From Bdellovibrionales bacterium (GTDB taxonomy: Bacteria; Bdellovibrionota; Bdellovibrionia; Bdellovibrionales; CAYMLA01): a stretch of DNA of 64,000 bases. The notes beneath the pieces were generated by a model. The model ran no database searches. It was not told the DNA's origin and saw nothing but the letters and a program-made list of their open reading frames with translations. The position numbers were made by a program, and so were the translations under genes. Shown here one piece after another: positions 57,893 to 64,000 of the stretch. The stretch covers positions 448,001 through 512,000 of the forward strand of contig OZ244239.1 of NCBI GenBank assembly GCA_965217115.1. Direction: 5' to 3'. The first letter of the stretch is position 1, and each line of letters begins with the position of its first letter.

Positions 57893-59341
57893 CTACCCTC
57901 TCAGTCTCTCCGTCAACTTCGTATAAATCCCATCAAAACCTCCGTTGGACATAATCAAAATCACATCCCCAGATATTGTCTTCTCACATAAGAAATCTAC
58001 AATCTCATTTGTAGAACCAAATTCATGGGCCTCCACGTCCCTACTCTTTAAATCAGTCACTAGCTTCCCCGTAGAGAAGCGGTCTTCTTCAGAAATACGG
58101 GATTGATCGTAGGCAGAAGCGATCACTGCCACATTTGCTTCAGAGAAAGCCTCTAGGTACTGCTGCTGAAAAATGCTTCTTCTTGAAGTTGCCGAACGGG
58201 GTTCAAAAACTGAAAAAACCCTCCTTCCCTGATAACGACTCTGCACTGACTCGATTGTTCCCTTCACCGCCGTCGGATGATGGGCAAAGTCCTCTATCAA
58301 CGTCACACCACCAGGTTCACCCAAAACCTCTTGCCGCCTCTTAACCCCTTTAAAAGTTTTGATCGCCTGAACCACGTCATCAGAAGGCCAATCCATTTGT
58401 CTGGCTAAGATATAAGCCGACATAGCATTGGACACATTATAAGAACCAAACATCTTCATTTCGATTTCAACGATTTTCTGCCCCTGAAATTCAATATCAA
58501 ACACAGTTTTATTTACAGCTCCATTTACAGACCCATCCCTATCCACTCTGATGTTCTTCGCTTGATAATCACCTTCATTAAAACCAAAACTCATTATTTT
58601 TCGACAAGATGTCTCAGGCAAAATACTTTTAATATTACTATCTTCACCATTATAAACAAGATGCCCGTCCTCTGGTATCAACCCCATCAATAGACGGAAT
58701 GCTTTTAACACATCCTCTAAATTGTCGTAAATATCTGCATGGTCAAATTCAACACCTGTCAAAATCACATGGCGAGGTTTATAATGCTTAAACTTAGGAA
58801 CCTTATCAAAAAAAGCCGTGTCATATTCATCACCCTCAATAATAAAATAATCTCTCTCCCCTGAAGACTCCTCTGGATTTTTAAACGACCGGGAGAAATT
58901 CTGGGGAATACCTCCAATCAAATAACCGGCCTTCTTCCCACACACTTGGGCTATCCAAGCCATAATAGCCGTGGTCGTAGTCTTGCCATGGGTTCCAGAA
59001 ATCACCACACTCTGACGATCTTCAATTACAAAATCAGCCAAAGCTCTAGGTAAACTCGTATAAGGAATATCTGACTCTAATAAAGCCACCGCTTCATCAT
59101 AAGTTTTAGTGATCACATTTCCCACAACAACAAAATCAGGTCGTGGCTCTAAATTCTTTCTATTGTAGTCCTTCATAATATCAATACCAAGGCTCTCCAA
59201 TTGAGTAGACATAGGAGGGTAGGCAGCCTGATCACTTCCAGTGATTTTATATCCACGGGCTTTCATAATACCTGCAAGACTCGCCATCGCTGTGCCACAA
59301 ATTCCCATGAAGTGAATGTGAGCACCCGCCTTTAATATCAT
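57893..59341 (-). CDS. mpl: Murein peptide ligase Mpl
   Basis: GICGTAMASLA, YPPMSTQL, GTHGKTTT, EGDEYDTAFFDK, DFAHHPTA, EPRS, MSNGGF. ATGA overlap at 59338-59341. Confidence 0.92.
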   Translation of the reverse strand: MILKAGAHIHFMGICGTAMASLAGIMKARGYKITGSDQAAYPPMSTQLESLGIDIMKDYNRKNLEPRPDFVVVGNVITKTYDEAVALLESDIPYTSLPRALADFVIEDRQSVVISGTHGKTTTTAIMAWIAQVCGKKAGYLIGGIPQNFSRSFKNPEESSGERDYFIIEGDEYDTAFFDKVPKFKHYKPRHVILTGVEFDHADIYDNLEDVLKAFRLLMGLIPEDGHLVYNGEDSNIKSILPETSCRKIMSFGFNEGDYQAKNIRVDRDGSVNGAVNKTVFDIEFQGQKIVEIEMKMFGSYNVSNAMSAYILARQMDWPSDDVVQAIKTFKGVKRRQEVLGEPGGVTLIEDFAHHPTAVKGTIESVQSRYQGRRVFSVFEPRSATSRRSIFQQQYLEAFSEANVAVIASAYDQSRISEEDRFSTGKLVTDLKSRDVEAHEFGSTNEIVDFLCEKTISGDVILIMSNGGFDGIYTKLTERLRG

Positions 59342-60411
59342 TTCTCTGAATCCTGCATAAGATAGCTCATCACCCAATTATGAATCTTCGGGCGTAGGCT
59401 TTTAAAATTATTCGGTTCAGATAAAGGGTGCACTCGATTACTTAAAATGATCACTTGCACATCTTTCTCTGGATCAAACCAAATAGACGTTCCCGTAAAC
59501 CCCGTGTGACCAAAGGACTCTTCAGAAAATCCATCTCCACAACTGGAGTTACCGACAGTCGGTTTCATAAAACCCAAACCCCAGTCTCCAATACTCTCAG
59601 ATAATTGACGCCGAGTGAATTCTTTTATAATCTTATGATCGATTTTTCCTTCAATCACTCTCTCCTGATTCAAATAACGACTTCGTACACACTCAACCCA
59701 TCGCCCAACACCATCTATAGAACCAAACAAACCTGCATGGGTTGACACTCCTCCCATTGCCCAACAGTTATCGTCATCCACGACACCTTGAATCACACCT
59801 CCACGATTTTTTTTAATCTGAGTCGGGGCATAACAGTCAATACTTTCTGTAAAATTATTATCAACATGAAAATCAACGTTCTCTAATGAAAAATCATTTT
59901 TTGTTTCACACCAAACATCCAATAAAGATTTTTGATAAATCTGCTCCAACACAAAACCTAAAACCCAAAAGCCCACATCGGAATAGACAGCTCTTCGACT
60001 ATTGGTTTCATCTCTGATCACACGACCGAGAAAATTTTTTAACTCTTCCCTGCTCTTTTGATTTTGTTGTTTTTCTTCATCAGGGTCGTAGAAAGGCAGC
60101 CACCATGGCAATCCCGATGTATGGGTTAGCAGTTGACGAAGTGTTATATCTTGATAAGGAAACCAAGAGAGCCCACCAATATCGGCCAACGATTTCTCCA
60201 CCGTAACACGCCCCTGACCCACGGCACTCATCAGCGTCGTTGTCGTAAAAATTAATTTCGTTAGAGAAGCTAAATCGTACTGCTCATATGTCTTCCCAAT
60301 AGAGTCATCCACTGCGATACGACCTTTATGGTAGGCCCGAATCACAACACCCTGACTCACTCCTTTTAATTCATCAGAAATACAACTAGAGACAGAACTC
60401 CAAGGAGTCAC
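59338..60411 (-). CDS. Beta-lactamase-family serine hydrolase
   Basis: ASLTK, LLTHTSGL, YSD, HAGLF, GHTGFTG. Confidence 0.88.
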   Translation of the reverse strand: MTPWSSVSSCISDELKGVSQGVVIRAYHKGRIAVDDSIGKTYEQYDLASLTKLIFTTTTLMSAVGQGRVTVEKSLADIGGLSWFPYQDITLRQLLTHTSGLPWWLPFYDPDEEKQQNQKSREELKNFLGRVIRDETNSRRAVYSDVGFWVLGFVLEQIYQKSLLDVWCETKNDFSLENVDFHVDNNFTESIDCYAPTQIKKNRGGVIQGVVDDDNCWAMGGVSTHAGLFGSIDGVGRWVECVRSRYLNQERVIEGKIDHKIIKEFTRRQLSESIGDWGLGFMKPTVGNSSCGDGFSEESFGHTGFTGTSIWFDPEKDVQVIILSNRVHPLSEPNNFKSLRPKIHNWVMSYLMQDSEK

Positions 60412-61346
60412 GATGATTTTCCATCCAATTTTATCTTAGTTTCCATAAAAGGTCGTAATCCCAAGTGCAAACAAGAGGTGCTTCCAAAAATAATCGGCCT
60501 CTGGATCTTTCCATGACCGCTAGGGAATCCTGATAAAACAGGCTTTTTTAAATCCTGTGCAAAACTCTTGATAGCGCCCTTCCACAACCGCCGCCCATCA
60601 GACTCTTCTCCACCAATAAATTCACCAAACACAATGGCCTTAGCTCTTTTTAGACTCTGAGTCTGCAACCATTGCTGAAGAAGACGATCCACACGATAGC
60701 CACGTTCGTCGATCTCTTCAAAAAAAACAATCTTACCCTCAACATTCATCTGCCATGGTGTTCCCAAGGTACTCGATGCCACCACTAAATTACCACCAAT
60801 AACAGGTCCACGGATAACCTTCTCTATTTTTGCCATCTCATTAAGAGACTTCAGCCCTCTATAAGACAAAACCCTCTCTGTCTTTTTTCCTGGGTGTCGA
60901 AATAAAATATTCTTCAAGTCTTTATCTACCTGAGGCGTGTACCTTCCGCTGGCCATTCTCTCCAATAGAGGGCCATGCACCGTTTGCCAGCCCCAAACTT
61001 GATTCAGAAATAAATGCAGAGAGGTTATATCACTTAAACCAATAAAGAGTTTGTTTTTCTCAGGTCGTTTCATCCTTTGTAGAAAGGGCAGCAAACGCAT
61101 GGAACCGTACCCCCCACGGACACACCAAATAGCCTTAGATGATGAGCTTAAAAGGGCTTCACGTAAAAAGGCGAATCTCTGCCCATCGGTATTTGAAAGA
61201 TAATCCTTTTTTCTAAAGATATTCTTAGGAAATCGAGGCACAAGCCCCCATGATTCAATGAACGAAGCACCATTCCGAAGCTCTTGTTCAGAACAAGCCG
61301 AGCCAGGAGCTACAATATCAACAACATCACCACGCTCTAAACACAT
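60408..61346 (-). CDS. ldcA: LD-carboxypeptidase (S66)
   Basis: RGGYG, GLSDIT, GGNL, FEEIDE, SGHG. Confidence 0.9.
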   Translation of the reverse strand: MCLERGDVVDIVAPGSACSEQELRNGASFIESWGLVPRFPKNIFRKKDYLSNTDGQRFAFLREALLSSSSKAIWCVRGGYGSMRLLPFLQRMKRPEKNKLFIGLSDITSLHLFLNQVWGWQTVHGPLLERMASGRYTPQVDKDLKNILFRHPGKKTERVLSYRGLKSLNEMAKIEKVIRGPVIGGNLVVASSTLGTPWQMNVEGKIVFFEEIDERGYRVDRLLQQWLQTQSLKRAKAIVFGEFIGGEESDGRRLWKGAIKSFAQDLKKPVLSGFPSGHGKIQRPIIFGSTSCLHLGLRPFMETKIKLDGKSS

Positions 61347-61387
61347 GGTGTTATTCCATCAATTTGCTTCTACATTGGCAAGAGATA

Positions 61388-61837
61388 TTATACTGCCTCA
61401 TTGGCTATAAATAGCTGGGGAAAGTAACTTGGAGGATCAGCTCCCAATCCACTCAGTGCTCGGGCAAAGATATGCTCAAAACCGAAAAACTTCTCGATAG
61501 ATACTGGCTCTGAACCAAATTTCTCCCTCACTTTCTCTTTAAAATCTTTCCGTAGGTTTTCGTTACTTAAAATATAGCGACAACATTTCGACAAAGAACG
61601 GTCATCATGGTTTTTCACAGCCTTTTTTGCCATTCCATAAACATGCACTTTAGCTGTTAGATCTAAGAAATCTTTATCAATATGCCTCTCCTCACAGAGC
61701 TTTTCAAAGCGCTGACGAGTTTCGTCATCATTTAAGATGTGATTGGCCACATAAATAGCATCTTCTAGATTTTTTACCATGAAACACTCCATAACGTCTA
61801 AAAGTTCATTTTGACTCACCAACAAACTATCGGACAA
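61388..61837 (-). CDS. Hypothetical protein
   Basis: 149-aa ORF co-oriented upstream of ldcA; start uncertain. Confidence 0.55.
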   Translation of the reverse strand: MSDSLLVSQNELLDVMECFMVKNLEDAIYVANHILNDDETRQRFEKLCEERHIDKDFLDLTAKVHVYGMAKKAVKNHDDRSLSKCCRYILSNENLRKDFKEKVREKFGSEPVSIEKFFGFEHIFARALSGLGADPPSYFPQLFIANEAV

Positions 61838-61952
61838 ACTAGGACCTAGGTTTAGAAGAAAATGACCCCAATTTACCCAAAAAATTCGACTTCCTAGCTA
61901 AAAACAAGCCCGCCCCTTGACTCAATGCTTCTTTCTGAACTAGTAGTCTTCC

Positions 61953-63035
61953 ATGGAACTTCTTATTTTTGCCCACAGACCAGAGGCCGGCTATTTCATC
62001 GAAAGTGACCATTGGCTTCCTTCGCCTGATCTTCCCTTTCCTCTCTTAAAGCACAAAGCCAGTGACACAGCTCTCCTTATTACAGGTGAAGGCATCGAGA
62101 AGTCTATTCTCGCCACATCGAGTGTCCTCTCCTGCGAAAAAAACATCACCTCTGCCATCAACCTTGGCGTTGCAGGACACCTACAGGATTCTTCTGAAAA
62201 ACTACAGCGAGAAGAGATTTACCCTATTCGCACAGTTTACGCAGAAACAAGCAATGCAAGATTACAGAGCAAGAGTTTTACCCTTCAAGTTTCCGGTGAT
62301 TCTCAAATCCCCTCTCAAGATTGTCTCTCTGTCTGCCAAAGAGTTTTGGATGATAAAAAGGCTCAATCTCTCTCCCACTTCTCTCCAATCGTAGATCGTG
62401 AGCTATGGGGAATCGCCATGGTCTGTAATAAGTTTCAAGTTCCCCTCAGAAGTTACAAACTTATCTCAGACATTGCCGGTCAACAAACCCAGTGCCTAGA
62501 TATTCGCAATCAAGCACAGAGGTACAGTCGACTTCTTTACGAAAAATACCAGACACTGCTTGATAACAGTACGAAGAAAGGCCCTCTCCTTCAGCGGGGA
62601 ATGAAGCCAATCAATGAACTCCCCAATACTTTCCACAGCACCCGTTCTCAACAGGATACGTTAAGCAAATTAATCACAACCCTAAACATCAAAGAAGAAG
62701 GCAATTCTAATTTCTTTGCACTACAGGTACAGTCTCTTGCACGAAAAAAACTCACTCCCAAGCAGAGAACAAGCGAATTAATTAAAAACCTTCAAGATCA
62801 TCTCAATCCCTTCACTAGAGGACTAAAGAAAAAATTAGAATCACATATAGAGAACTTTGAAAGGGATAAAAATATTCACCTCCATTTTACCAAAAACTTT
62901 GAATCAGAAGAGTTTAATATTTCCTTGCACATTGAAAATAGTCGGCAATTTCACGAAACTCTCAATGAGATGAAATCTCTCGACGTTCAAGGCATACAAG
63001 ATATTCTTTTAGGTGAGGGAGATCATCTTGTTTAA
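61953..63035 (+). CDS. Nucleoside phosphorylase/MTA nucleosidase-like domain protein with C-terminal extension
   Basis: FAHRPEA, LITGEG, INLGVAG, VDRELWG, KLISD. Confidence 0.7.
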   Translation: MELLIFAHRPEAGYFIESDHWLPSPDLPFPLLKHKASDTALLITGEGIEKSILATSSVLSCEKNITSAINLGVAGHLQDSSEKLQREEIYPIRTVYAETSNARLQSKSFTLQVSGDSQIPSQDCLSVCQRVLDDKKAQSLSHFSPIVDRELWGIAMVCNKFQVPLRSYKLISDIAGQQTQCLDIRNQAQRYSRLLYEKYQTLLDNSTKKGPLLQRGMKPINELPNTFHSTRSQQDTLSKLITTLNIKEEGNSNFFALQVQSLARKKLTPKQRTSELIKNLQDHLNPFTRGLKKKLESHIENFERDKNIHLHFTKNFESEEFNISLHIENSRQFHETLNEMKSLDVQGIQDILLGEGDHLV

Positions 63036-64000
63036 GACCCTTTTCATAGAAAAACACCTCTACTCCCATCCCATAACACAGAATATCCTCAAACAATTTC
63101 CACAGGCACAAATTAAGCAATTAGACAATCTCCAAGAGGTGTTCGGAAAGGTCAGAAAACCTTATCTACAGAAACGCACAAATCTTAATCTCTTCCTCGG
63201 AACTAAGAGAGGAAGACTCATTAAAGAAGCCCCACCTGCTTACGGACTTGATGGCGAACCCCATTATTATTACATCCATGCTTACAATTGTATTTATGAG
63301 TGCCAATACTGTTATTTGCAAGGGTACTTTAAATCCCCTGATCTCGTTTTTTTCTTAAACCACGAAGACATCATAAAGGAAATGGAAAAGGTCACTCTCT
63401 CCCACTCTTCAGAAAAAAGAATCTGGTTTCATGCTGGAGAATTCAGTGATTCCCTTGCTCTAAGCCATCTCACACAAGAGCTTCCTTTATACTGGGATTT
63501 TTTTAGTCGATATCCTCAAGCCTGTCTTGAACTAAGAACAAAATCAGTAAATATTAAAGAAATCCTTAAACTCCCTGTTAGAAAAAACATCATCACTAGT
63601 TTTTCCCTCTCTCCTGATATGCAAACTCGAAAATTTGACCTCAAAACACCCTCACTCAAGCAACGGCTTAAAGCCATCTCTAAACTCTCAGACTCTGGAT
63701 ATCCCATAGGAATTCATCTTGATCCTGTTATTTACCAAGAAGATTTTGAATTGAACTACCAAGAGTTATTGCAGTTGCTTAAGGAGGTTCTCCCTAATAA
63801 CTCATTGTCGTATATTTCGATTGGGGTTGTTCGTTTCACAAAAGAAGTTTATTCTGATATGCAAAAAAACTATCCTGATTCTTCTATTTTGGCATCAGAA
63901 CTGACAAAAAGTTTTGATGGGAAAATTAGGTACAATCGCCCGATGCGTCTCTGGATACTTAAAAAAATTCAAAAAATGCTTCACGATCATGGTTATGACA
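63028..64000 (+). CDS. Spore photoproduct lyase-like radical SAM protein (partial, runs off window)
   Basis: Not in the ORF track. TTG start after GAGGGAG; NCIYECQYCYLQG (CxxxCxxC), GEFSDSL, ELRTKS, HLDP. Confidence 0.85.
   Translation, partial: MFKTLFIEKHLYSHPITQNILKQFPQAQIKQLDNLQEVFGKVRKPYLQKRTNLNLFLGTKRGRLIKEAPPAYGLDGEPHYYYIHAYNCIYECQYCYLQGYFKSPDLVFFLNHEDIIKEMEKVTLSHSSEKRIWFHAGEFSDSLALSHLTQELPLYWDFFSRYPQACLELRTKSVNIKEILKLPVRKNIITSFSLSPDMQTRKFDLKTPSLKQRLKAISKLSDSGYPIGIHLDPVIYQEDFELNYQELLQLLKEVLPNNSLSYISIGVVRFTKEVYSDMQKNYPDSSILASELTKSFDGKIRYNRPMRLWILKKIQKMLHDHGYD

Noticed and set aside
34991..63707. Numerous short antisense or nested ORFs within core genes
   Set aside because: They are shadow frames of well-supported genes, with no independent motifs.

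Overview
Bacterial genomic window, probably Bdellovibrionota (inferred from a TIGR04552-like gene, a Bdellovibrio-style stand-alone LuxR HTH gene and many orphan secreted proteins). It has four parts. (1) About 1-16.3 kb is an AT-rich accessory/defence region. It holds an AbiJ-NTD/TIR gene, Hachiman hamA-hamB and a HEPN-like gene in one apparent operon, an OLD-family ATPase-TOPRIM nuclease with an orphan partner, a secreted CheD/CNF1-like deamidase behind a sigma28-type promoter, and several orphan exported proteins. Each defence cluster is followed by the same 69-bp dyad-symmetric sequence. (2) About 16.5-26.8 kb carries carbonic anhydrase, a CusCBA-type metal efflux operon, a trmB-like gene, nhaA and an acyl-CoA dehydrogenase. 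(3) 26.8-35.0 kb is a cassette-like array between the acyl-CoA dehydrogenase gene and icmF. Four near-identical 160-161-bp elements, each forming a 117-118-nt hairpin with one compensatory base-pair change, punctuate unrelated cargo genes (orphan, BspA-LRR, truncated TPP enzyme, Clp-fold protease, ankyrin, FG-GAP). Mosaic flanks and a scar fusing the dehydrogenase 3' end to the ankyrin gene 3' end suggest repeated recombination. This array is the best candidate for an undescribed system. (4) 35-64 kb is mostly core metabolism (icmF, crt, hbd, fadJ, fadI, maeB, glnD, mutS, yceI, mpl, ldcA, splB-like). No rRNA, complete tRNA, CRISPR array, integrase or transposase was recognised. All family calls come from motif recognition by eye, not database searches.
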